From positions 1 through 31,414 of IMG/VR virus record IMGVR_UViG_3300021142_000121: DNA of 31,414 bases; one strand, written 5' to 3'. The position numbers were made by a program, and so were the translations under genes. The stretch's first letter is position 1; every line of letters starts with the position of its first letter. This DNA is from a virus (taxonomy: Duplodnaviria; Caudoviricetes). The notes below the pieces were generated by a model that was given only the letters and a program-made list of their open reading frames with translations, ran no database searches and was not told the origin of the DNA. Below are positions 17,562 to 25,603 of the stretch, one piece after another.

Positions 17562-18059
17562 TTAAGAACGCTTAATCGAGATGCTTGAAACGTATTTTCC
17601 ATCTTGACCAACCGTACCATTAATATTTCCGCCAGCGATTGCGTCTTCTATTTTTCTATTTTCTAACAAGATGGCTTCTTGATCTTCCTCAAACCATTCA
17701 TTCTTGATTTTCATTAAATAGCCATAAATAGGCGCACCGTTATCAAAAGTTCCTACCTTCATTTTGATTTTGTCGTTCATGTCAACATTTGAAGGCGATA
17801 CGCCATTCTCTATCTCGGTTTCATGTTTTACGACAAACTCATAACCACTATCTAATGCTTGGTCTATCATCTTACCGTCATCATTCATCCAGCATAAATG
17901 ATAGCCAGGCACTTCTACTGTTACTGCCATAGAAAGTTTTGGTGCGCCAAATGAAGTACGTCTAGTTCGTTGGGACTGAGACCTTACCACCTCTGTATCA
18001 CGTTCCGCAACTGACCTTATTTGCGCTTCAGAACTTCCCTGCTTATTTTCTCTTGTCAT
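17562..18059 (-). CDS. Conserved head-module protein
   Basis: PGYHLCWMND...GYEFV...YLMKIKNEWFEEDQ. Between scaffold and decoration genes. Confidence 0.7.
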   Translation of the reverse strand: MTRENKQGSSEAQIRSVAERDTEVVRSQSQRTRRTSFGAPKLSMAVTVEVPGYHLCWMNDDGKMIDQALDSGYEFVVKHETEIENGVSPSNVDMNDKIKMKVGTFDNGAPIYGYLMKIKNEWFEEDQEAILLENRKIEDAIAGGNINGTVGQDGKYVSSISIKRS

Positions 18060-18071
18060 TTTAATATCCTT

Positions 18072-18100
18072 ACTATAATTGAATTGTATACGAATTACAA
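18072..18100 (-). promoter_or_regulatory. Putative sigma70 promoter upstream of capsid-gene block
   Basis: TTGTAA-N17-TATAGT on the minus strand in the 53-nt gap. Contains a small inverted repeat TTGTA-N7-TACAA. Would leave a very short leader. Confidence 0.4.
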
Positions 18101-18112
18101 CATTTTTAAATA

Positions 18113-18946
18113 CTATTCTCCAAAGAAATCTTTAACATATTCCTCACGTGTTAATAATTTCTGCTTTTCAAACTTCAAACAAGCCTGTTTAGCCTCAGGC
18201 GGAAGATCATTAAATGAATACTTACCTGTCTTAGCACTTGATTTATTGCCTGTTGTACCCTCTACTGGGGATGGTTTTGCTCTATTAGCATTGGTAAACT
18301 TCTCAGGATACATCTTTTTTACCCTCTTAGCCACTTCGTCTAAGAAATCACGACCAATAAGTGTAGGTTGTCTACGTTTAAGGGTTTCACCAATTAAATT
18401 AGCCTCTTCGGTCAATTCAGGGTCTTTACCAAACCATTTATTGTCATCATTCCACTCTACAAAGGAAGGGTCAATCTGATTAGTAGCCTGTTTAGTCTCT
18501 TGAGCCTCTTTTGCACGTTGTTCTTTGAGTTCTTCAATAGCATCATCTACTTCAAGTAACTTATCACCGTCACCTTGACTGACTGCCATCTTTTTTTGTT
18601 CTCTAAGTTCTGCTAATGCTCGGTCATACGCACGTTTTTCATTATCAGCAGAAAACTTCTTGAATTCCATCATTGTGGACTTCATTTCAGCAATTTCACG
18701 CTTTAAGAACTCATTATCCTTACGTAAAATAGCATTAATTTCTTTACCTTTTTTTACAAAGGTTTCGGCATCTACCCATTTATCGGCAGGCCCATCATAT
18801 TCTTCTTGTGGAACCCATCCTTGACGTTTTGCTTCATTTACCGTCTCTTGGTCAGCAGAATGTGGCTCTACAGTCGTTTCGGTTTGTAATTCAACAACTT
18901 CTGTTGGTTCTGTAGCACTAAGTGGTACACTTTGAACTTCATCCAT
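18113..18946 (-). CDS. Capsid scaffolding protein
   Basis: Acidic N-terminus, GWVPQEE..WVDAETFV, long coiled coil, W..N.WFG.D, C-terminal TREEY. Located between portal and capsid. Confidence 0.75.
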   Translation of the reverse strand: MDEVQSVPLSATEPTEVVELQTETTVEPHSADQETVNEAKRQGWVPQEEYDGPADKWVDAETFVKKGKEINAILRKDNEFLKREIAEMKSTMMEFKKFSADNEKRAYDRALAELREQKKMAVSQGDGDKLLEVDDAIEELKEQRAKEAQETKQATNQIDPSFVEWNDDNKWFGKDPELTEEANLIGETLKRRQPTLIGRDFLDEVAKRVKKMYPEKFTNANRAKPSPVEGTTGNKSSAKTGKYSFNDLPPEAKQACLKFEKQKLLTREEYVKDFFGE

Positions 18947-19262
18947 TTGCTTTCTCCTTTACTAATACTACGTCAAGATCATTTAAGACTCTGTATTCGA
19001 GTCCGTCATCTGATTGTTTTTTACTAATGATTTGTCCTGCATAACGACCAAACTTAACATTGTCTCCGACTTGACACCAAGCAGCTTGTTGGTCGGAATA
19101 AGCAGTATTCCCAAGCTCGACAACGATTCCTGAGTCTTGACCAAGTTGCTCTTTATCGGCTGTGATGTCAGCGATAATAATGCCGCTTTCAGTTTTTCTT
19201 TCAACTTCTTCGACCCTCACGAGTACACGATGCCCTGTAGGCTTCCATCCTGAATTGTTCAT
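18939..19262 (-). CDS. groES: Phage-encoded co-chaperonin GroES (Cpn10)
   Basis: KPTGHRVLVR...KTESGIII mobile loop, GIVVELG, VGDNVKFGRYAG, YRVLNDLDV. Confidence 0.9.
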   Translation of the reverse strand: MNNSGWKPTGHRVLVRVEEVERKTESGIIIADITADKEQLGQDSGIVVELGNTAYSDQQAAWCQVGDNVKFGRYAGQIISKKQSDDGLEYRVLNDLDVVLVKEKANG

Positions 19263-19468
19263 TATGCCCCCTGTATATCTTCATATTCGAGTTCTAAAAT
19301 TTGATTGATGGCATATACCCCACCTAATGCAAATTGATTATCCCCCTCAGTCTGAAACTGTCGGTTTGCCCAAGCCTCTTGTGCCTCTAATTTAGCACGT
19401 TTAAGATGACTTCTGAACTCCTGTGTTACTGGATGATTCATCCATTCCTGCCATTCCTGTTGCGTCAT
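19262..19468 (-). CDS. Small conserved protein downstream of portal
   Basis: EWMNHPVT motif, GGGAAG SD, TAATG-coupled to groES. Overlaps the portal 3' end by 68 nt. Confidence 0.7.
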   Translation of the reverse strand: MTQQEWQEWMNHPVTQEFRSHLKRAKLEAQEAWANRQFQTEGDNQFALGGVYAINQILELEYEDIQGA

Positions 19469-21437
19469 TTGCTTCCCTTTCTAGTTGACTCATTAACTCA
19501 ATACTACGAAATATTCCATCCATGTGCGCCCTCTTAGCACCTATTTCAGCCTCTAACATAGCAATAGCATGACCATTCTTTACTCCGTCAGCCTGTTCTA
19601 GTTCTAATACGGCTTTGGCTTGTAATTCGGTTACTTTTGCTTGCATTAACTCTGCTTCGCTCATCAGTTTGGCTAATCCCAACTTGAATCGTAACTGATG
19701 GTTCATTGCACGTTCATCGGTCTTCATTTTCTCAATCTGCATCTTGACATCAGGCTTAGGAGGTATCGCATTAGGCCCTTTAGGGTCAGGCAATATCTGT
19801 TCAATATTATTTACTTTAAGGGATTCTAAATATCTCTTCTTGACTTCATACATATTCATGTCAGGCCCTGCAATTGCCATAACAGCCTGTGCTTGTGCCT
19901 GTTTCTGACTATCTGATACCACGTTTGGATCAGCAGCAGGTTTAACCAATTTCATGTCTAAAGAATAGTCATCTGGTAGCACAAATGACAGTTCAGACTT
20001 ATATTCAAACTCAATAGGGTCACTTGGTAGATATAACTGATTGAGTCTATATAACTTTTGGAACTCTTCTTTCATGGCTCTCCAAGTACGCTTGAAGATA
20101 CCATTAAATACTTTCATTCCTTGTTCAACAGTATGTCTTGATGTCTCAGCAGGAGTGTTTTGACCAGGACTTACCCCAGTCATAATGTCAGTAGCACCTG
20201 CAATACGCTCACCATAGTTAATCAGTAACTGTAGTAATTGGAATAATGTAGCACTTGGCTCTCTGACAGGTAATGCCATAATATTGGCACGTAAGTCATC
20301 GCCTGTACTGTCTACACGCTTCCACTCATGAGGCTTGAATGTATAATCTCCACCCTTAATCTTGACTCCACGACCTAAGAATCCACCACCTGTTACAGAC
20401 ATTGTGCCTGCATCAATCAGTTGATTAACAATGGTGTTAACAGAGTCATTGAGTGGCCCAAGTAAACTTCCAAATCCTAAGTCATAGAAACCACCATCAG
20501 GGCTAGGGATAAATCCATACTTCGTAAAATACTGTTCAGGCTTAATACGGATAATGTCATTACCACTATACTCAATAGAGTCTTGGAAGTAACGTGCAAC
20601 TATACGGTAAATAATACCTGTATCACGTCTTAAATAAACGATATATGGCTCTTTGTAGCCGTCTTCATCAAGGTCAATCCAACAATGTATCTCATAGAAC
20701 TCAAATGGAGTGTCAGGATCACCTGTTTGTTCCCTTACTCCTTGTGCGTCTTCTTTAGCAGTTCGTAATAAGGTCTGCTGGGGTTGTCCTGCTGGAGCTT
20801 CATCTGTTGGCTTACTAAAGATGCCACGTACCTGGCGTTCATGTAATTCATTTGATGATAGAAAAATGCGGTGCGTAACTCTTGGTGAGTCTGCAATTGA
20901 TTTAGTGAAATAATTGACGATAAAATCATTTGGAAGTACCAGTTCGGATACGTTATGTCCCTTTACAGGGTCAAAATAGGATTTCTTAATCGCTGTACCT
21001 GCAATAGCCTGTACAAGTAATGTTTTGTCTTGATTCTCTTCCCATGTCTCATCTTCTTCCATTACCTGATAAGTCATGTGGCGAGATATTCTATCCCCAC
21101 GCTTTTGCATTTCACCATCATCATCCTTACCATACACCTTACATTGGACAACTTCATTGTTGCCAAGTAATGCAGGATAAGCACGACTGTGGTATTGCAT
21201 TGCTGCGATAGTAATCAGAGGGAACTTTACGTTAGAAGCATTAGGCCAAGGGAAAGTCTTTTTCTCTACAACCTGAAGTGCCAACTTAATAGACTTTTCA
21301 TTACGCTCTTCCCAATCTAATCGAGAAGTTAAGTCCATGTTGACTTCTTCTAATAATCTAGCACCAAGAGATGACAACTCTTCATTGTCCATTTGTTCGG
21401 CAATGTTTGGCGATTTGACTAGATTTTCAATTTTCAT
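19401..21437 (-). CDS. Portal protein
   Basis: 678 aa after TerL. FPWPNASNV.FP, GFYDLGFG, NQLIDAGT, C-terminal coiled-coil barrel (P22-like). Confidence 0.9.
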   Translation of the reverse strand: MKIENLVKSPNIAEQMDNEELSSLGARLLEEVNMDLTSRLDWEERNEKSIKLALQVVEKKTFPWPNASNVKFPLITIAAMQYHSRAYPALLGNNEVVQCKVYGKDDDGEMQKRGDRISRHMTYQVMEEDETWEENQDKTLLVQAIAGTAIKKSYFDPVKGHNVSELVLPNDFIVNYFTKSIADSPRVTHRIFLSSNELHERQVRGIFSKPTDEAPAGQPQQTLLRTAKEDAQGVREQTGDPDTPFEFYEIHCWIDLDEDGYKEPYIVYLRRDTGIIYRIVARYFQDSIEYSGNDIIRIKPEQYFTKYGFIPSPDGGFYDLGFGSLLGPLNDSVNTIVNQLIDAGTMSVTGGGFLGRGVKIKGGDYTFKPHEWKRVDSTGDDLRANIMALPVREPSATLFQLLQLLINYGERIAGATDIMTGVSPGQNTPAETSRHTVEQGMKVFNGIFKRTWRAMKEEFQKLYRLNQLYLPSDPIEFEYKSELSFVLPDDYSLDMKLVKPAADPNVVSDSQKQAQAQAVMAIAGPDMNMYEVKKRYLESLKVNNIEQILPDPKGPNAIPPKPDVKMQIEKMKTDERAMNHQLRFKLGLAKLMSEAELMQAKVTELQAKAVLELEQADGVKNGHAIAMLEAEIGAKRAHMDGIFRSIELMSQLEREANDATGMAGMDESSSNTGVQKSS

Positions 21438-21458
21438 TCGGCTTCCTCAGTTTTTAAA

Positions 21459-21487
21459 AAAATAACAGATTGTGTCGTGATAGTCAA
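21459..21487 (-). promoter_or_regulatory. Putative sigma70 promoter upstream of portal
   Basis: TTGACT-N17-TATTTT with extended -10 TG, followed by a GAGG SD and the portal ATG. Confidence 0.6.
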
Positions 21488-21504
21488 TAACTATTACTAA
21501 TTAT

Positions 21505-22932
21505 TTAATACCCTGTATACATCCCTTGTCCTTGCCATGTTTCATCCCCAAACTTCTCTTGATACTCTTCATCTTCCATTTCTTCTTGGCTTGGGGCTTG
21601 GACTACTCTGTCTAAAGCTAATCCGATATATGCTAAGGAGTCTACTTGGTCATCGTGTTGCCCACGTGGGAATACTAACATCTCATCTATTAGGGGCGCA
21701 TAATAGCCATGTTCTTTATTAAACCTAACTCCACCAGCCCTCATACGAGCCTGTAATGGTTTAGCCCTTTGTTCTTTATCGACCTTTGGAGTCACAGCAT
21801 GAAGGTTAATATATTGCCCTCTTTTAACCATTTCGGCATTTAAGAAAGCATCTAAGGTATGTTTAATCTGTCCCTTCTCAGCGATAAATAGGTTAGGCTT
21901 ATATTTGGATTGCACCCAAAACATATTCTCAATAATCTCAAAACCATCCCATCTACCCCTACGGATGTCTACAACGTGTAATAGTCCTTCCCTATCAACA
22001 CCTGCTACTGAAATGACCGTATAGTCGCTTTTAGTCTTTTTAGTAATCGCAAAGTCAATTGCAGCATAATATTCCAAGATGTCTGGAGTGTCGGAATGAA
22101 TGAAATCGTCTTTATGGAAATAGGCGTTCTCCGCATCAATTGGCTTATTAAGATATTCTTGGGAATAGCCATCAGGGTTTCCTTGATTAATATAAGACTG
22201 ACGTATTTCTGTAAGTTTCTCTTTAGGGAGCTTCTCAGGCCATAAGATTTCCGTAAAGTCCTCATTATGGGCAGCAAACCTCTCACTTAGCCATAAATCA
22301 TCCTTGAGTAGTCTTTCTAAGGCAGAATCCATGTGTAAGACAGTCCCTACCATCCTCACCTTACAATATTCTGAGCCACAGGGTAATAGGTCATTAAATA
22401 GCCAATTACGGAACTTTTCCCTACGTTGAGGGTTCATTACCTGTTCAGCACCTTCAGCATCATCAATTACAATTAAATTAGGACGCTTACCGTTCCATTG
22501 CAGACCACGAACCTCTTGTTCCGATCCCTTACACATAATACAGAATTGATGTCCATCTTCTAACTCTACAATAATCTCAGCCTCAGTATCCTTAATTAAT
22601 TTAGGCTTAACCTTAAATTGGGACTTTATTTCATTATTGGTCAAAAGTTCCGCCTTGATATTACTAAGAAACCTTACTACCTGTCCTTCTGTCTTAGACA
22701 CTAATAGGATGAAGTCTCGGTCTCTAAAGAGTGCTGATGCTAAAGTACAGGAAAAGGTGACTGCCGTTGTTTTTGCCGTACCACGTGGTGCCGCAACGAC
22801 AACTCTAGGATGCTCAGAACAGAACTTATCCCAAAGTACCCTATGAAAGTCAGGAATAGCCTTTACAGCATCCATACGAGGGGCTAAGAATACTCTGACA
22901 AAACCCTCTATAAGAGGAGAATCAAGTTTCAT
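21505..22932 (-). CDS. terL: Terminase large subunit
   Basis: Walker A APRGTAKTT, Walker B LIVIDD, motif VGT, nuclease AIDFA...SDYT...HDDQVD. Confidence 0.95.
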   Translation of the reverse strand: MKLDSPLIEGFVRVFLAPRMDAVKAIPDFHRVLWDKFCSEHPRVVVAAPRGTAKTTAVTFSCTLASALFRDRDFILLVSKTEGQVVRFLSNIKAELLTNNEIKSQFKVKPKLIKDTEAEIIVELEDGHQFCIMCKGSEQEVRGLQWNGKRPNLIVIDDAEGAEQVMNPQRREKFRNWLFNDLLPCGSEYCKVRMVGTVLHMDSALERLLKDDLWLSERFAAHNEDFTEILWPEKLPKEKLTEIRQSYINQGNPDGYSQEYLNKPIDAENAYFHKDDFIHSDTPDILEYYAAIDFAITKKTKSDYTVISVAGVDREGLLHVVDIRRGRWDGFEIIENMFWVQSKYKPNLFIAEKGQIKHTLDAFLNAEMVKRGQYINLHAVTPKVDKEQRAKPLQARMRAGGVRFNKEHGYYAPLIDEMLVFPRGQHDDQVDSLAYIGLALDRVVQAPSQEEMEDEEYQEKFGDETWQGQGMYTGY

Positions 22933-23086
22933 CTGTACTTAGGTGTTGATGAGCAAAGTTAATGAGTGCCTGCATATCGGTGCGCACCCTCCACCCCATG
23001 TCAACACGTGCCTGTATCTCTTCTAAATACTTCTCGTCAATGGGGCGAAGAAAGTCCTCTTGAGGTATCTTGTTAGTAAATTCCAT
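22922..23086 (-). CDS. Hypothetical protein (54 aa)
   Basis: Hand-translated MEFTNKIPQEDFLRPIDEKYLEEIQARVDMGWRVRTDMQALINFAHQHLSTDET. Fills the gap and overlaps the terL start. Confidence 0.6.
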   Translation of the reverse strand: MEFTNKIPQEDFLRPIDEKYLEEIQARVDMGWRVRTDMQALINFAHQHLSTDET

Positions 23087-23087
23087 A

Positions 23088-23744
23088 TTATTCTGTTTTT
23101 AAATAGTCTACTGCTTTATCCAGCAATTTCATTTGTTCAGGAGTGTAATATTTGCTATGCTCTTCTTTAGGCCATTGCTCAAACATATATCCCCTTAAAT
23201 ATGCTGGCAATCCTGACCTTTGATACCATTCTTTAAAAGTTGGTACTTTTTCATCAGGCTCTAATTCATTTTTAATAAAATGGTAATACTGTTCTTTCAT
23301 TATCCCTTTTTGTTCAGTAGTCATAGACTGTTCAAACTGTGACCGTATTTTTTTTAATTTAGGGTCAGTATCTACCATTTCATGTGAAAATATGTCCGCA
23401 GCTACATCTTGTGGTCTAGTTGCCGACTTATAGGTCTCAACCCCACTTACATCTAATGGTATATCTTTTGGTCTTGGTCTATTTGGCGCGCCAGTCTCAC
23501 CTTTAGGCCAATATTCCAAATAAGGCAATTTAGAGTCATCTGAAATAGATTCTTTATATTGAACTGGTGTTGATTTAAGTCTAGGATACATTTCCATTGC
23601 TTGTTCATATCTACTTTTAGACATTGCTTGTTGTGCCATAGGGCTTTGATAATCACCTTGATAATCACCCATAGGACTATATGACCCCTGCATTGGCGAC
23701 GAAGGAATACCCTGTGATAAACCCATTAATTGAAGTAAGTCCAT
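23088..23744 (-). CDS. Hypothetical protein, first gene of late operon
   Basis: Long ORF with start uncertain (23744 or 23771). Low-complexity Q/M/S N-terminus, then a globular domain. Confidence 0.7.
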   Translation of the reverse strand: MDLLQLMGLSQGIPSSPMQGSYSPMGDYQGDYQSPMAQQAMSKSRYEQAMEMYPRLKSTPVQYKESISDDSKLPYLEYWPKGETGAPNRPRPKDIPLDVSGVETYKSATRPQDVAADIFSHEMVDTDPKLKKIRSQFEQSMTTEQKGIMKEQYYHFIKNELEPDEKVPTFKEWYQRSGLPAYLRGYMFEQWPKEEHSKYYTPEQMKLLDKAVDYLKTE

Positions 23745-23878
23745 ATAGAGAGAATAACATAAAGTTGTCATATCTGTATATATAAGGGTAAGACACTTTT
23801 AGATTTCAAAATTATAAAAATTTACTCAAGCGGGGTTATAAAAATAATTATTTCCTAACTTTTCCCCCTCCCCCTACC

Positions 23879-23894
23879 CTGTATGGATATACAG
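23879..23894. promoter_or_regulatory. LexA (SOS) box, Beta/Gammaproteobacteria type
   Basis: CTGTATGGATATACAG = CTGT-N8-ACAG. The minus strand reads TACTGTATATCCATACAG, close to consensus TACTGTATATATATACAGTA. Lies in non-coding DNA. Confidence 0.7.
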
Positions 23895-24332
23895 TATTTA
23901 CCTGGTCTTATGTAGGTAGGTATCCCCCTTATCCCTTATATATCAATAGGATAGAGGGATATTTGTCCGAAATGTGTATGTATTATGGGCCCTTTAAGGT
24001 ATCTAGAAGACTGTCTAATGAGTAGTGAGGGTGTAGGTGTAGTAGTGCTATTCATGGGCAATCATAGGGTAATGCTTGTATATCCCCTTATATGTTCTTA
24101 TCTCTCTATTGGATATTTTTATATATATGTTTTAATAAGTTTTAATCTAAAAGTATTCTTTCGGGCTTTTTCCGAGCGTCCATATCCTCTATCTATATAT
24201 ATGATACCTAATAGTTTATTTCTATTATTATTGTTTAACTTATAGGTTAAAACTATTGCAAGAATTGGTAATGAAATACTGTATATAAACCCATAAGGGT
24301 TTGTCCCTATATATTTTTATTGTTTTTATCCG

Positions 24333-24366
24333 TAAACTACTTATATGCACTTGAGGGAGTGTATAT
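24333..24366 (+). promoter_or_regulatory. Putative promoter -10 plus 5' leader hairpin for the + strand cluster
   Basis: TAAACT (24333-38) followed by hairpin ATATGCACT-TGAGGG-AGTGTATAT (one G:U). No convincing -35. Confidence 0.4.
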
Positions 24367-24393
24367 TTAACAAACATTTTTTAAGGGGGTTTT

Positions 24394-24522
24394 ATGAAAT
24401 ATCAAATTATCAACACAAATAATTATTTTGTAATTATTGATTTAAATACAATGCAATCATTAACACAAGTTTATAGCAAAGAATCAGACGCTATACAAAC
24501 AGTTCATATTTTATCAAGATAA
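24394..24522 (+). CDS. Small hypothetical protein (42 aa)
   Basis: TAAGGGGG SD. MKYQIINTNNYFVIIDLNTMQSLTQVYSKESDAIQTVHILSR. Confidence 0.7.
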   Translation: MKYQIINTNNYFVIIDLNTMQSLTQVYSKESDAIQTVHILSR

Positions 24523-24534
24523 GGGGAGTTAATC

Positions 24535-24801
24535 ATGCAATATATATCTACTAAATTTTTACCAGCAACCGACACAAAAGGATCAAGAATCAAGGCTACT
24601 TGCTCATTTTCTAATGACTCTATTATCAGGTCTTATGATTATTCCTTAGATGTAGAGAAAGCTCATGCTAAGGTTGCAATAGAATTGGCTAAAAAGATGG
24701 AATGGGACGGAGAATATGCATCAGGAGGGAATGATTCAGGCTATATATTCGCATTTATTGGAAATTCTAATGTTTATTCTACCGAAGAGGTAACAGCATG
24801 A
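24535..24801 (+). CDS. Small hypothetical protein (88 aa)
   Basis: GGGGAG SD. ISTKFLPATDTKGSRIKA...YDYSL...HAK motif typical of phage early genes. Confidence 0.8.
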   Translation: MQYISTKFLPATDTKGSRIKATCSFSNDSIIRSYDYSLDVEKAHAKVAIELAKKMEWDGEYASGGNDSGYIFAFIGNSNVYSTEEVTA

Positions 24802-24890
24802 AATACTTAGACGATATCTTATGTATTCTTTTTAGTGCTTTTTTAGGTGCATTGTTTGCAATTACTTATATTTATTCTAAGGGGTTTTAA
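24798..24890 (+). CDS. Single-TM micro-protein (30 aa)
   Basis: GAGG SD, ATGA overlap. MKYLDDILCILFSAFLGALFAITYIYSKGF. Confidence 0.65.
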   Translation: MKYLDDILCILFSAFLGALFAITYIYSKGF

Positions 24891-24891
24891 T

Positions 24892-25113
24892 ATGGAAATA
24901 ATAAGCAATAAATTATTAAGCCAGGCTGGCAAAATGGCTGCAAATGCCAAAAATGGAACATTAAAGATAAATAATGTCTCATATACTTTTACATTCGATC
25001 ATAGAGAATGGCACTACGTTATTACTGATCCAGAACACAATGAAATAGCAAAATTCAATACTAAGTCATTAAAACAAGCTAGAGAATGGCTTAAAGAATA
25101 CTTTTTAAATTAA
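24892..25113 (+). CDS. Small hypothetical protein (73 aa)
   Basis: Start moved to ATG 24892 (MEIISNK) after the TAAGGGG SD. Confidence 0.75.
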   Translation: MEIISNKLLSQAGKMAANAKNGTLKINNVSYTFTFDHREWHYVITDPEHNEIAKFNTKSLKQAREWLKEYFLN

Positions 25114-25123
25114 GGGGGTTTAT

Positions 25124-25225
25124 ATGAAGTTTAATTTTTACGAGGTTTTATTTGTATTGGTAATATGTATTACTAGCATTATTGACACTATTTTTAATGT
25201 TTTAACTTATTTAAGGGGGTTTTAA
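25124..25225 (+). CDS. Single-TM micro-protein (33 aa)
   Basis: TAAGGGGG SD. MKFNFYEVLFVLVICITSIIDTIFNVLTYLRGF. Confidence 0.65.
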   Translation: MKFNFYEVLFVLVICITSIIDTIFNVLTYLRGF

Positions 25226-25227
25226 TC

Positions 25228-25440
25228 ATGGCTATATATCGTATTTTATGTTCACAAATTACTTATTATGCTATCAATATTGAGGCGGATAATGAAAATG
25301 AAGTTATTGACATATCAAATAATGTTGATTTTTGTATGTTTACTGAGCTTCCTGAAACTGATTGGCAAGTTGAAAATGTTAATGTTGCCAATGATTCTAT
25401 GATTCAACATTATATTACTCTTACAAAAGAGGAAGCTTAA
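25228..25440 (+). CDS. Small acidic protein (DpnD/PcfM-like pattern)
   Basis: TAAGGGGG SD. Y.I......Y.I.IEA.NE.E pattern. Confidence 0.7.
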   Translation: MAIYRILCSQITYYAINIEADNENEVIDISNNVDFCMFTELPETDWQVENVNVANDSMIQHYITLTKEEA

Positions 25441-25442
25441 TC

Positions 25443-25601
25443 ATGTTAAAAGAATATACAAGTGTAGTTAATTTATCTTTTGGGGGTAATAATTTAGAGA
25501 CTACTTCAAAAGAAGAATATATAAAAATGTTAAAAGCAATATTTTTAGAGGAATATAACATTACTTTGACTGATGATGAAATAACAGTAAGTGAGGCTTA
25601 A
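25443..25601 (+). CDS. Small acidic hypothetical protein (52 aa)
   Basis: GAGG SD. MLKEYTSVVNLSFGGNNLETTSKEEYIKMLKAIFLEEYNITLTDDEITVSEA. Confidence 0.7.
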   Translation: MLKEYTSVVNLSFGGNNLETTSKEEYIKMLKAIFLEEYNITLTDDEITVSEA

Positions 25602-25603
25602 TC

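Noticed and set aside
129-22846. Short ORF-track entries antisense to or out of frame within major genes (e.g. 129-326, 678-902, 8789-9031, 11243-11662, 18021-18479, 20710-21211, 22005-22286)
   Set aside because: Shadow ORFs overlapping well-supported minus-strand genes, with no recognisable motifs.
23646-23669. 12-bp tandem TTGATAATCACC x2 resembling a Fur box
   Set aside because: In-frame coding duplication (GDYQGDYQ) lacking the Fur inverted-repeat geometry.
23985-24245. 86-aa + strand ORF in the control region
   Set aside because: No SD, composition reflects AT-rich low-complexity DNA, and it lies upstream of the likely promoter.
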